Of a stretch of 64,000 bases of DNA, positions 1 through 17,579 are shown one piece after another (position 1 is the stretch's first letter; every line of letters begins with the position of its first letter). The position numbers and the translations under genes are program-made. This DNA is from the human T2T-CHM13v2.0 reference genome, Homo sapiens: assembly GCF_009914755.1 (NCBI RefSeq), contig NC_060936.1; one strand, written 5' to 3'. The notes under the pieces were generated by a model. The model saw nothing but the letters and a program-made list of their open reading frames with translations, had not been told where the DNA came from and did not search any database.

Positions 1-324
1 AGTGGCCTAGAATTTATACCACAGGCATGGAGACAGGCTGAGCAGCCTCTTCCTGGATATTATTATTAATAAGAATAAGAATAATTACCATTTACTGGGC
101 TTTTACTGTGTGTCATGTCTGGTGCTGAAAACATCCATCACCACAAAACCTTACTGGGATGGGGTTGGGGGGATATTTTTGGGTACTCAGCATCTGAACA
201 CCCTTCCTCTGTAGGAGGAAAATCCCCCACTGGGCAGTTCTTGGTAGGAGCTGGACCTGTCTCCCTCCACAAGAGCAAAAGAGGCTAGAAATCCGTGAGC
301 TCCCCATGATCCTTTCAATATATT

Positions 325-760
325 TCATTTCTAAAAAATAGACTTTTAAATTCACAACAAAATTGAGAGGAAGATACAGATTTCCCATATATCCCCTTCC
401 CCCAACATCCTCCCCCACTGTCAACATCCCACACAGAGTGGTCCATTTGTTACAAATGACGAACCTACATTGACACATCATCACCCAAAGTCCGTAATAA
501 TATGTGCCCACCAGTACAGTCTCATGCAGAGTCGTTTTGCTGCCCTGAAAATCCCACCTACTCATCCCTTCCTCTGCCCTAACACCTGGCAACCCCTAAT
601 CCTTTTACTGTCCCCATCATTTTGCCTTTTGCAAAATGTCACATCACTGAAATCATACCATGTGTGGCCTTTTCAGTTGGCTTCTTCCTCTTAGCAATGT
701 GCATTCCATTAAGTTTCCTCCACCTCTTTTCATGCCTTGATGGCTCATTTCTACATTCTA
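325..760 (-). mobile_element. Old L1M (L1MC/MD-like) 3' fragment
   Basis: Resembles a recalled L1M 3' end (...CCATTTGTTACAAATGACGAACCTACATTGACACATCATCACCCAAAGTCC...). Confidence 0.7.
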
Positions 761-1176
761 TTTTTGCTTACATTCACCAAAGTCTATTTCTGTTGTTAGC
801 ATCCAAGCACCCTGCTACAAAAAAAGTGTTGTTATCCCCATTTTACAGATTAAAAAAAAAAAAACAAAACCCTGAGACTCAGCGAGACAAGACTAGGTGG
901 AAGAGTAGAAAAGCTACAAAGGGCAGAGGAAAGCTGCAGGAGGCACAACGCAGGCGGCACGATGCAGTTGGCAGAAGTGCAGTTTTGTAATCAGGAACTT
1001 GGATATGAGGGCCGGCTTCATCACTTACCCGCTGGGGGGAGCCTCTGGAAAGTTGCTTAACTTCTCTCAATTTCTTCATCCATAAAGAAACGGGTCTCCA
1101 TTTCTTCATCCATAAAATTCAGGCTACTGTGCCTGTAACAAGCAATTCTTGAGAGTATTAAAAGAAATCATGTATA

Positions 1177-1650
<474 letters not shown>

Positions 1651-2594
1651 AAGAAATCATGTATATATTGCACTTAACACAGTGCCTGGCTCAACATGTG
1701 TTAGCTGTGGTATCTGTTATTGTTATTATTTGTGTTCTGTGTTCATTAACCTAATTCTATCCTACCCTGTTATAAGCCAGGATCATCTGACCATCTGGAA
1801 GGATTCTGTTTGCTCTATTTTGTCCTCTCCTCAACCCCCAGAGTCGCAGGTGACGGAAAGGAGAGGGTGAGTGACCCTTCTGCCTGGAGATTCTTGACAT
1901 GAGGTAACTTCTGAAACCAGACATTCCATCTGCTTCTTTCCATATCTCAGGGGAACCCTAGCACAAGGCAGTGGGGGCTCAGCCTGTGCTCATTGATTAC
2001 GCTAATGATGATGGATTTCCTCCCCTTTGGCACTTGATCAACAGCTGCCCAGTGTTTTATCACCATTTCCCAGGGCAGAGCAGGCCACCCCAACCCCTGC
2101 TCACGAGGGCCTTTTCTTTCTTACTCCATGTGACCCAGAACAGAGCCCATTAAAGAACTCACTCATTTCTCCACCCTCCACCCCTTTAATTACAAACAGT
2201 GCTGAGAGTTGAATAACACAGAACAAAAGACAGATTTATTTACCCCAGGACATAAACAAGATTATCAGAAACAGGCATTCAGAAGCCCTTAGCTCCTGGG
2301 AGAATTTTAATTTGCTGACCCCTGGCTTACAGAAATCTTAGGTCTTTTCACATAATTATAAAACCCCGAGAGTTTTGCCTGCTTGAATTAGTTATTGGCA
2401 CGCATCCCCAACCCGGCCGCTGGCTCTCATTGGCCAATTACAGGCATCTCCACTGGGGCTTTAAACCGGGCTCTTTTGAGACAATGCAGGAAGGCTGAAA
2501 GAAATTCTCTTTTCCTTGGTGAAGTTTTCCTACTGGCGGCTTCCTGGAATGACTGAGGTACACAAACAGGAGGGAGGAGGAGGCATAATTACAT

Positions 2595-3415
<821 letters not shown>

Positions 3416-3624
3416 CAACGAAATACTTTGCTTTTATCTATCCATGATAGTATTCCTCTGGGTTAGGGGTTACAGGACACCCCACACTCTTCCTGGAGCA
3501 GCTTGGAAGTGGCCATTTTAGCATCTGTTAGGGGTTAAATTGTTTTCTCCCCCTAAATGTATAGCTTGACATCGTAACCCACAGTACTTCAAAATGTGAC
3601 TGTGATGGTTAATTTTAGGTGATG

Positions 3625-4841
3625 TGTAGGGGAAAACTCTCCTCAAACTGCGTTTTTCCTCTACTCTCACACTACAACCATCATCAACACAGAAGGCTTC
3701 TGTGACCAAATGTGGGGGGCGGTTTCCCCACATACCAAGCAGCGGACACCAGCTGGGTGTCCTCTAATTCAGTTCTGACACCATCTACCTGGAGATAGTA
3801 TCATATCCCAAAGGTTGAGGGCTCAGTCCCCAAGACTGCCTTTCTACACACACACACCAGTTGCAAGTTTGGAACTTCTGGCAGACGGGCTTCAACCCCC
3901 ACTTTGGATTTGATTAGTCTGCTGGCGTGGCTCACAAAACTCAGGGAAACACCTACTTGCATTTACCAATTTATTATAAAGGATATTGCAAAGGATTCAG
4001 ATGAAGAGCTGTATAGGGCGAGGTAGGGGTAGTGGTGCAGAGCTTTCGTGCCCTCTGGGCACCACCCTCTGGGAGCCTCCATGTGTTTGTGAACCCCGAA
4101 ACTTTCAGACAGGTGTCAGTTAATTTAGAAAGTTTATTTTGCCAAGGTTGAGGACTCGCGCCTGTGACACAGCCTCAGGAGGTCCTGACAACATGTGTCC
4201 AAGGTGGTCAGAGCACAGTTTGGTTTATACATTTTAGGGAGACATGAAACATCAATCAACATATGTTGTAAGATGAACATTGCTTCCTTCTGGAAAGGTG
4301 GAACAACTCGAAGTGGGAAGGGGGCTTTCAGATCATAGGTAGATAAGAGACAAATGGTTGCATTCTTTTAGGTTTCTGATGAGCCTCTCCAAAGGAGGCC
4401 ATCAGATATATATTTATTTCAGTGAGCAGAAGGGTGACTTTGAATAGAACGAGAGGCAGGTTTGCTGTAAGCAGTTCCCAGCTTGACTTTTCCCTTTAGC
4501 TTAGTGGTTTTGGGGGGGCCCAAGATATTTTCTTTTCACATGTTCAACTATCTGGAAGCTCCCCAAACCCTGTCCCTCTTGGGTTTTCTGGAAGCTTCAT
4601 GATATCACCATTCCTTCCCCTAGGATATAGGGTGGGACCCTCTAATGGGAGGGTCTTAAGATCCACAGTCAGAAAGGTGGGGGAACATTAGAGTGAAAAG
4701 AGGGCAGGAGAAAGTCAGAGGCCCACCCACGAGGCTACCCACGAGGCCGACACACACCATTCTTAAAACAGCCTGTAACAAGGGCTGTGGGAGTTATGAG
4801 CCAGGAACCATGGACGAAAACCAGTACATATTAACACCACA
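3625..4841 (-). mobile_element. MER21-family LTR
   Basis: TG...CA termini and characteristic GGGAGTTATGAGCCAGGAACCATGGACGAAAACC. Imperfect TSD GATG/GAGG. Confidence 0.8.
4088..4540 (-). mobile_element. MER4A-like ERV1 solo LTR
   Basis: TGTGAACCCCGAAA...TTTTCACA termini. 4-bp TSD TGTT at 4084-4087 and 4541-4544. Confidence 0.88.
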
Positions 4842-5445
4842 GAGGTCAACTTGGCTGCATTAAGGAATAACTAGAAACCTGGTGAAGCATTATTTTGGGG
4901 TATGTCTGTGGAGATATTTCCAGAGGAAATTAGCATGTGAGTCAGTGTGAACTAGATGGGGAAAAGCCATCCTCAGTGTGGGCAGGCACCATCCAATCTG
5001 CTAGGGGCCCAGAGAGAACAAAACCAGAGAAAGGCAAATATGTCTATCTGTCTGCTGGACTTAGATCCACTCCTTTTCTCCTGTCTTTGGGCAACTCTAA
5101 GTTCCCCAGCCTTTGGACTCCAGGACTTAAACCAGCACCTCTCCCCTCGGATCTCAGGTTCTCAAGCCTTTGACCTCAGACTGTGAGTCACATAATTGGC
5201 TTCCCTGGTTCTGAGGCCTTCAGACTTGGACTGAGCCATGCTACCAGAATCCCAGGGTCTCCAGCTTGCAGACAGCTTGTCGTGAGACCTCTCAGTCTCC
5301 ATAATTGTGTGAGCCAATTCCCCTAATAAATTCCCTCTCATCTATCTGTCTATCTATCCATCCATCCATCCTATTGGTTCTGTCTCTCTGAAGAACTCTG
5401 ACAAATACAGTGACCCTTAGGTCTTTAAAGAGAGAATCAAGTTAA

Positions 5446-5759
<314 letters not shown>

Positions 5760-6444
5760 TTAAAATAAGGTCATTAGAATAGGTCCTAATCCAATATGAC
5801 TGGTGTCTGTTTAAGAAGGGGGTATTTGAACACAGATATGCATACGGCGAAAATGTCATGTAAACATGACGATGGCCTTCTACAAGCCAAGTAGACGAGC
5901 CTGAAACAGGTTATTCTCTGACAGCTCTCAGAAGGAACCAACCCTACCAACACCTTGATCTTGGACCTCAAGCCTCCAGAATTGTGAGACAGTAAGTTTC
6001 TGTTGCGTACGCTATCCAGTCGTGGTATTTTGTTACCCAAGCAGCCCAAAGTAATACGGCATCCTTTGAGGAAGAAGTGAGGTGAAGTGTTCAGGTTCCT
6101 TGAGAGCCTGGCTCAAGCCTCACTCCATGCCCTGGGAGATTCCAAAGCTCTACCGGGATTCCTGTAAATCCCTGGGGGGTTATGCCACCGTGGTCCCTCC
6201 TGGTTACAGGCTCCTGTTTCCATATGGGTTTTCTCTGTTAATCACCATTGATTTGCATATGACATTCAGCCCTTTCCCGTAACTGCCACCCAGAAAAAGA
6301 ATCCATTCATCCAAGACATGTCTGTGCACTTTGCTGAAGTCTGTTGGATTAGGGAGAGGAGGAAGTTAAATGGCAAGTTCACATGAAGCTACGAAATTGA
6401 ACGATAAGAATCCATGTTCATTCATTCATTCATAAAAAAATGTA

Positions 6445-6664
6445 TTTATTTATTTATTTATTTATCTGAGACAGGGTCTTGCTCTGTTACCCAGTCTGGA
6501 GCACAGTGGTGTGATCATTGCTCACTGCAGCCTCAAACTCCCAGGCTCAGGTGATACTCCTGCCTCAGCCTCCTGAGTAGCTGGGACTACAGGAGTGTGC
6601 CACCATGCCCAACTAATTTTTGTATTTTTTTTAGAGACAGGGTTTTGCCATGTTGCCCAAGCTG
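6445..6664 (-). mobile_element. 5'-truncated AluJ
   Basis: GAGACAGGGTCTTGCTCTG...CTGCAGCCTCAAACTCCC are AluJ diagnostics. Confidence 0.9.
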
Positions 6665-6839
6665 ACAAAAAAAAAATGTTTATTGAAACCCACTTTGTGC
6701 CATCACTGAGGCATGAGAAGACACAGTAAAGAACAAAATAGACAAGACCACTGTCCTCACAGAACTTATATTTTAGTTGGAAACACAGATGATAAACAGG
6801 AAAAATAAGCAAGAACATTCCAGATTGTACTAAGTGTCA

Positions 6840-7176
<337 letters not shown>

Positions 7177-7355
7177 TCAGGTGGTGGCAGTTACATGGGA
7201 ATGAGCACTTTGGAGATGACATTTTTTAGCAAGGGCGAGGGAGTCAGAAAATGACTCTTGGAGGAAAAGAAAGTGGGGGTGACTCTAAAAAAAAAAAGAG
7301 AAGGAGTGAGCCATGTGCCAGTGATGGGAAGCCGGGCTCAGATTACAGATGAGGC

Positions 7356-8263
<908 letters not shown>

Positions 8264-8985
8264 AAGGGCCCCAGGGCAGCATAACCCCTGACAATAGGGC
8301 CAGATTTTTCCCGAAGGGAGTGGAAATTTCCACTGCCAGCATTCTGGAATGAGGTCAGACAATGAGGCTGTGGAGAGGCAGACCTTCGACTGGGCCGCGG
8401 TGGGCATGGGTTCCAAGAAATTCGTTGCCCTGACCACCCAGGCCCATGCTCTGTGAACGTGTGTGTCCAGTGAGGGCCCTGGGCTCTGAGCACATTGCCT
8501 GCAGGAGTAGTTGGGAGCAACACTTCATGCCTCCTTCCCTTCTATCATCCTGGAACTTTCAGTAGACTCAGCATAAAAGCTGCGGCCTGTTCTTTACTGG
8601 TGCTGTAGACAATGAGGAGAGGGTCTGTTCTGGGTCAGAGGGGAGGGGAAGGTGCACCTGGTGGAGCAGCAGCAGCTGGAGGCAGAAGGAGGGGAGCTGA
8701 AGCGCGGAGAGAGCCGCGCCTCGTGGGAAATGTGAGGCAGCGGTCCAGAGAGCGCAGCTGGCTACAGTGACAGGCAAGATGGATCTGCGGAGCATGCCCG
8801 TGCTCCCCAGCGAGGGAAACCTGGTCGTACAAAGGAAAGTGAAAAGGAGAAAAAAACGAAAACCAGAACAAAACAAAAAAAACAAAAGGAAAGGAAGAAA
8901 GGGAAAGGGGAATGGAGAGAATCTTCTGGAAATCAAGTGGGATGGGAGGCTGAACATCACAATTAAGGTCTTAAAAGAGAGAGCA

Positions 8986-9275
8986 GGCCAGGCGCCCCGT
9001 GGCTCACGCCTGTAATCCCAGCATTATGGAAGGCGAAGGCAGGAGAATCGCTTGAGCTCAGGAGTTTGAGACCAGCTTGGGCAACATGGTGAAACCCCAT
9101 CTCTTCAAAAAATGTGAAAATTAGTCAGGTGTGGTGGTGAACGCCTATAGTCCCAGCTATTAGGGAGGCTGAGGTGGGAGGATGGCTTGAGCCCAGGAGG
9201 CAGAGGTTGCAGTGAGCCACTGCACTCCAGCCTGGGCAACAGAGCCAGACCTTGTCCCCCCCGCAAAAAAAAGAG
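8986..9275 (+). mobile_element. AluJb-like
   Basis: Dimer with a small right-arm deletion. TSD ~AAAAGAGAGAGCA. Confidence 0.92.
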
Positions 9276-9796
9276 AGAGAGCAGCAGCACAGATGGGTAA
9301 AATTTGAGGTCTACTGGTAAATAATAAAAATAAATAAATAAATAAAATAAGAATAAAAACCATTTGCCCGGGTACTGGACTGAGTCCTCTCCATGGCTCA
9401 ATTAAGTTGTACCTTGCAACATCACTGAGCCCAGTATGATTACTTCACGATATACATGCGGATATTGAGGCTCAGAGAGCTACATAAATAGCCCCAGGTC
9501 ACATAGCTAGGAGTTGGTACCGTCACGAGTTAGACTTGGTTGTGTGTGACTCCAACCCTGGGCCCGAGCTTCTTAAGAGGTGTTCTGCAGAACACCAAAC
9601 CCAAAAGGTCTCCGTATTAAAAAAGCAGGGGATGGGGAGAAAAGGAGATGAGGATCTCCCACCTCCCTTTCTCCTCATTTCAATTCCAAATAGAATTGGA
9701 AAATGAGGCATATTACTAGCCACTTGGAAAGTCACGACACACACAGCAGCTGTGAGAAGCTATCTTGGTTACCTGCTACTGCATAACCAACCAGCC

Positions 9797-10353
9797 TGCA
9801 AGGGTTAATTTCATGTCAACTTGGCTAGACCATGGTGCTCAGATATTTGGTCAAACATTAGTCTAGATGTTGCTCTCAGGTATCTTTTTAGATGAGGTTA
9901 ACACTTAAATCTGTAGACTTTGAGTAAAGTAGATTATTCCCATAATGTGAGTGGACCTTATCCAATCAGTTGAAGGCCTACAGAGGAAAAAGACTGACCT
10001 CTCCGGAAGAAGACGGAATTCTGCCTGCAGTCTGCCTTCAGACTGGAGCTACTGCCAGCCTCCAGAATTGTGTGAGCCAGTTCCTTAAAATAAATCTTTC
10101 TATATGGTGGGGTGGAAGGGATTCTCCAAAGAAAGAGAACAATAGGAGATACATATATTCTATTGAATATGTAAATCCTGTAGAGATTCTATATATAGAC
10201 GAAATTTGATATAGCTCTATATCAAATTATACATAGATTGATATCTATAGACCTATATCAAATTATATATAGATCTATAATCTATATAGATATAGATACA
10301 GATATGGATGATATTCTATTGGTCTGCTTGTCTGGCGAACCCTGATAAATTGA
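9797..10353 (+). mobile_element. MLT2C-like ERVL solo LTR
   Basis: TGCAAGGGTTAATTTCATGTCAACTTGGCTAG start. TSD CAGCC at 9792-9796 and 10354-10358. Confidence 0.82.
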
Positions 10354-10546
10354 CAGCCTTAACTTAGTGGCTTAAAACATCATTTTATGATGTTCATTAA
10401 TTCTATGACTCAGGAGTCAAGGAAGGCACTGTGGGGACCTCTTGCCTTTGCTCTAGGATATCTGGAATTTCAACTGGGAAGCCTCAAATGGCTGGGTCTA
10501 GAAAGGCTGGACTGAAGGGTTCAAGTCGCTGGTATTATAACTTGTT

Positions 10547-11158
<612 letters not shown>

Positions 11159-11546
11159 TAGGTAGCTTTGTAACTCACCCGTCTGGCACTTTGGCAGCAT
11201 AGCTGAAAGGCTGGGCTTAGCTGGGACTGCAGCCTAGAGACTTTACTGTGCCTCTCAGGGGGATGGCTTCTTGGTATTCAAATCTCTCATATGACAGCTC
11301 AATGTTCCAGCAAACAAGGCAGAAGTGGAATGGCCTTTTAGGACCCTGCCTTAAAAGTCACATAGCCTCATTTCCACCATATTCTATCAGTCCCAGATTC
11401 AAGGGAGGGGACAGAGACCCCATCTCTCAATCGGAAGAGTGTAACAGATTTGTAGCCACATGGTAAAACTGCCACAGAGGCCCTGAAGTAAAGAAATCTG
11501 TTGAATTTTGCTTAACTCAGCTTTTCTCAAGATTTCACTTAGGTGT

Positions 11547-12011
11547 TGTTATGGGTTGAATTGTGTCCTCTCTCAAAATCCGTATGTTAAAGTCTTAACC
11601 CACAGTAACTCAGAACGTGAGCTATTTTGGAAATAGGGTGGTCACAGATTAAATAGTTAAGGTGAGGTCGCACTAGAGTGGAGTGGGGACCTCAATCAAT
11701 ATGACGGTGTCCTTCTAAAAAGGGGAAATTTAAAGAGACATGCCCACCGGAAAGACACCATAAAAAGAGAAGGCAGAGATTGGGTTTATGCTTTTACAAG
11801 TCAAGGTACACCAGAGATCGCCAGCAAATCCCCAGATGCAAGGAGAAAGGCTTGGAACAAATCCTTCCCTCTCAGCCCTCAAAAGAAACCAGCCCTGCCA
11901 ACACCTTAATCTTGGATTTCTGGCCTCTAGAACTGTAAGACAATACATTTCTGTTGTTTAAGCTACCTAGTTAGTGGTATCTTGTTGCAGCAGCCTGAGC
12001 AACTGAATACA
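11547..12011 (+). mobile_element. MLT1C-like MaLR solo LTR
   Basis: TGTTATGGGTTGAATTGTGTCC...CTGAATACA. TSD GGTGT at 11542-11546; the second copy is displaced to 12810-12814 by the next LTR. Confidence 0.85.
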
Positions 12012-12014
12012 AGT

Positions 12015-12808
12015 TGTCAAACTAAAAAACAGAAAGAAGCTCTCTAAAAGAAAAGATGTTTACTTGGGAATATAGCACAGTAAAGGGAATACATATATCA
12101 TAGTAAACTATGTGCATATTCAGGGAGGTAAAAGAAGAGAAAGGCTTTTTAAAGGAAAAAAAATGAAGAGGATCACATAACTGTTTAGAAATAATTATCC
12201 TTGGCCAGTGTGGTGGTTTATGCCTATAATCCCAGCATTCTGGGAGGCCTAGGTGGGAGGATCACTTAAGCTAAGGAGGTTGAAGCTACAGTGAGCTGTG
12301 ATTGTGTCACTGCACTCCAACCTGGGTAACAGAGTGAGACCTTGTCAAAAAAAAGGAAACAGAGAGAGAGAGAGAGGAGGGAAGGAGGGAAGGAAGGAGG
12401 GAAGGAAGGAAGGAAGGAGGGAGGGAGGGAGGGGAGAGAGAGAGAAAGAAAGAAGGAGAGAGAGAAAGAAAGAAAGAAAGAAAGAGAAAAGAAAAAGAAA
12501 AGAGAAAAGAAAAGAAAACAAAAAAGCAAAGAAAGGAAAGGAAAGAAAGAGAAAAAAGAAATAATTGTCTCTGGCTACAAAGTCCAAGGTTGGACAGGTA
12601 ATGGCTGAGCAGATGTCCTTTCAAAATATTTTTTCGTGTAAGGTTGCAGTGGCTTTTGTGTGAGGTTGTGGTTTTTATAGTCTTTTGTGATGGTTTTTGT
12701 TATCAGGCATACACACTTGAGAACTCTCTCTTCATGGCCTTCCTGGGCTCTATTTGTCAGGATTTTCTTAACACTAGTGACTCCCTGTTGATTCTGACAA
12801 CTTTCACA
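12015..12808 (-). mobile_element. ERV solo LTR (MER72/LTR47-like) containing a monomeric Alu
   Basis: Reverse strand begins TGTGAAAGTTGTCAGAATCAA. TG...CA termini. 4-bp TSD AAGT/AGGT. Confidence 0.7.
12203..12556 (+). mobile_element. Monomer-length AluJ/FRAM-like element with a ~210-bp purine microsatellite tail (GA/GGAA/GAAA)
   Basis: Alu body 12203-12345. TSD AGAAATAATT(A/G)TC at 12187 and 12557. Confidence 0.85.
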
Positions 12809-14042
12809 AGGTGTTAGCTCCGTTCATTTGTTCATTCACTCACTCATTCAGCTAGATTCAAGGCCCTTCACAGCACGGCCTCTGCCAATCCCCACTTTCA
12901 CCTCCAACTCCCTTTCTTTCCCCTCACTGAGCTACTTTGTGTTCCCTGAAACTAAAATTTTTGTAAAGATTAAATAAAATATGCAAAAGCCTGGTAAGTA
13001 GGAACTCAGCAACAAATAACCATCCCTTCTCTTAGCTGTTTATTCTCTATCAATTGTTTCTTCTTGTTCTGCTGTTCTCGCCCTTGGGTTTTCTTCTCTT
13101 GCTGCATCCTGGGCTTCTCTTCCAGACACCTGAGATTCTAGTCTCCTAAAGAGGCTGGAGTCTGACCCCTCCATGCCCATGTAAGCTCCTCCTTCTGGCT
13201 CCATGCAGAACTCCCAGGCAGCCCCATGGATAGGACGAAGGGCTTGCAAGGGCAAGTTCAGGGAAAGAAGACCGGATGTTTCCAGGTTTCATAGAAGCTG
13301 CAGAAGAAAGGGAATGCTACCAGAGCCAGGCAGAGAAAACTGCTGAGACCTGGGCAAGACATGGTGTTCAGTCCTGGCTCTAATAATAATTAGCTGTGTG
13401 ACTGTAGGCAGAGCTCAGAACCTCTTTAGGCCTCGGTTCACCCATTTATGCAGCCCAGATAGCCACAGGGATCCTCTTTCCCTTAAGATCTAGATAAAAT
13501 GGATAGATCCACTTCGTATAAATCATAGAAAATCTGGCACCTTCGGCAAGAATTCTGTGAACTCCCAGCTTTACAGCTCTTCTTTTGGTCTTACTTCTAT
13601 TTAGGGATCATCTTTCTGTCTCACCCGTGGGGTCCGATTCTGCACTAGGGAAGGCAGAGGAGGAATCCAGTTTCTTTCTTAATCTCCACCAAGCTAACCA
13701 CTCGCATAAGGTATCTGTGAATGGGCATGTTGTGGTCACATACTGTGCGTGCTGCCCACCACTGAGTCTCCTTATGTGAACCCACTTTTCCAGTAACCAC
13801 TCCTTCCTTGTCCACTTCAACCCAAGTGGAGGTGGAGGTGACCCCATGGTTAATTCCAAAGGTGAACACATGATACACTCCTGGCCAATCAGAGCATTCC
13901 ATCCCCCTGGCCACAACGATTGGCTCAAAGATGGTCATGTGATCCTAGGCAATCAAATGACAATTACTTCTGGTCTTTCTGGAAAGAAACTATGTATTGG
14001 GAATCAATACAAAGCGAAGTCAAAATAGAAGATATATAAAGT

Positions 14043-14310
14043 GGCTGGACATGGTGGCTCACATCTATAATCCTAGCACTTTGAGAGGCCGAGCCGTGCG
14101 GATCAACTGAGGTCGGGCGTTGGCGACCAGCCTGGCCAACATGGCGAAACCCTGTCTCTACTAAAAATACAAAAATTAGCTGGACGTGGTGGCATGTGCC
14201 TGTAATCGCAGTTACACAGGAGGCAGAGGTTGCAGTGAGCCGAGATCGCACCACTGCACTCCAGCCTGGGCAACAGAGTTAAAACTGTCTCAAAAAAAAA
14301 AAAAAAAAAG
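14043..14310 (+). mobile_element. AluS with a ~35-bp right-arm deletion
   Basis: Dimer with poly(A). TSD AAG(A/C)TATATAAAG. Confidence 0.93.
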
Positions 14311-14339
14311 AAGCTATATAAAGCGACATAAAGTTTCTT

Positions 14340-14828
14340 TTTTTTGTGTGTATTTTGTTTATTTATTTATTTTTAAATAATTTTAACTTTTATATTCAGG
14401 GACACGTGCAGGTTTGTCACGTGGGTATATTGCATGATACTGAGGTTTGGGGTACCATTGATCCCATCCCCAGGTACTGAGCATAGTACCCAATAGCTAG
14501 TTTTTCAATCCTTGCCCCTCTTCCTCCTTCCCCCACCTAATAGTCCCCAATGTCTATTGTTGCCATCTTTATGTCCATGTGTACCCAACATTTGGCTCCC
14601 ACTTATATGTGAGAACATGAGATATTTGGCTTTCTGTTGCTGTGTTAATTTGCTTTGGATCGTGGCCTCCAGCTGCATCCATGTTGCTGCAAATGACATG
14701 ATTTTGTTCTTTTTCATGGCTGTATAGTATCCTGTGGTGTATATGTACCACATTTTCTTTATCCAGTCCACCACTGATGGACACCTGGGTTGATTCCTTA
14801 TCTTTGCTATTGTGAATAGTGCTGTGAC
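14340..14828 (-). mobile_element. 5'-truncated L1PB 3' end
   Basis: Antisense ORF2 C-terminus (DWIKKMWYIYT..., ORF track 14505..14774) and L1PB-type 3' UTR. Degenerate TSD GAC..AAGTTTCT. Confidence 0.88.
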
Positions 14829-15431
14829 GAGGGACGCTAAGTTTCTATGCCATTAATTAGGGCCCTGGATCCAGCCATCCCTGTTGTACTCAATTTCACA
14901 AGCAAACAAACATTCCTAACTTAATCTTAATCAAATTGTTCTTAATCCAATTTGAGTTGTTTTTCTATCACTTGCTCCTGAAAGAGACCTCACTAAATGT
15001 TAAACCTTACTGAAAATTACTGAAAATTCAGTGGACAGATACATTTACAGCACAGCAAATAATATAAATTCAATATTACATATTCTTGTTTCTAAAGCCC
15101 TTTGTTTTGTTAACTCAGGTTCTGCCCTCCCCCTGTGCTACTTGGCTCAATGCTGTCTATTCCAAATTCCTGTTTATTCCTTATATAGCTTAGTTCAATT
15201 ACTCCCTCCTCAGCAGCACCCCTTTCGATAAGCATTTATGAATATATTTCCCTAAACAAAGAAAATTCCCTCCCTGCAGGGAATTCCCATACCAGCTATT
15301 GCTAAAGTTAAATTTTCACTTCTCTGCATATAAAATGAAGAGGCCTGGGCAAGACCTCCTCTATGACTCCATACAACTTCAAAACTCTGGAGTTCAAAAT
15401 ATAATAAAGCCATTAAAATTGTGACATAGGA

Positions 15432-15690
15432 GAATGTTTTCCAAAATGCAAGTCACAATCCATTAATGGGTCTTGAAATCAATTTACTGGGTCATAACCA
15501 GCATTTTTTTTTTTAATGAAAGAGAATAAAATAGAAAATAACAGAGTATATCATACATAATGGAAGTGAGAATTGGTTCGTGAAACTTTTATTTTGGTTA
15601 TAAATATATATGCACTGTACATACACTGTACTGGATCATAGTTTCAAATGTATTTCTCACAGTGTGTACAACAATTTTGAAAGCCAATGG
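15432..15690. mobile_element. hAT-Charlie non-autonomous element (subfamily uncertain)
   Basis: CCATTAATGGGTCTTGAAATCAATTTACTGGGTCATAACCAGCATT...TTTGAAAGCCAATG. Confidence 0.55.
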
Positions 15691-15926
15691 GGTAAATCAG
15701 CACTCACTGAGGGAAAGATGTCATTAAGTTAAAGAGTAATATACTTAATGTGATGCAAGCTTTGTTTAAAAAAAAAAAAACCAGAAAGGCTAAGCTATAC
15801 ATTAGATATAGAAATACCTGAAAAAATACGGAATTATATATAACAAAAAGCTAAATTATTATGCCTTCAGGAGGAGGGGAATTATGGTATTTTTCCTTTT
15901 CGTATGAATATTTTTGGGGTTATCTA

Positions 15927-16062
15927 ATTTTTTTTTTTTTTGTAAAGATGGCGGGGTTTTGCCATGTTGCCCAGGATGGTCTCAAACTTGTGAGCTCAGG
16001 ATCCACTTGCCTCAGCCTCCCAAAGTGCTGGGATTACAGTCGTGAGCCACTGCACCTTGCCA
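15927..16062 (-). mobile_element. Alu left monomer / FLAM
   Basis: Poly(T) followed by a single antisense monomer. Confidence 0.85.
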
Positions 16063-16143
16063 ATCTGATTTTTTTAAAGACATATTTTACTTCTACAGTC
16101 AAAAAACATTTAAAGCTTGTTTTCATTTTGAAAGATAAGTATT

Positions 16144-17579
<1,436 letters not shown>

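Larger units (their letters stand above)
3601..5409 (+). mobile_element. MLT2 ERVL solo LTR (pieces 3601-3624 and 4846-5409)
   Basis: TGTGATGGTTAATTTT...TCAACTTGG start, ...CTGACAAATACA end. 5-bp TSD GTGAC at 3596-3600 and 5410-5414. Confidence 0.88.
13740..14990 (+). mobile_element. Ancient MLT1K/L-like LTR interrupted by an Alu and an L1PB
   Basis: GGCCAATCAGAGCATTCCATCCCCCTGGCCACAACGATTGGCTCA motif. Confidence 0.5.
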
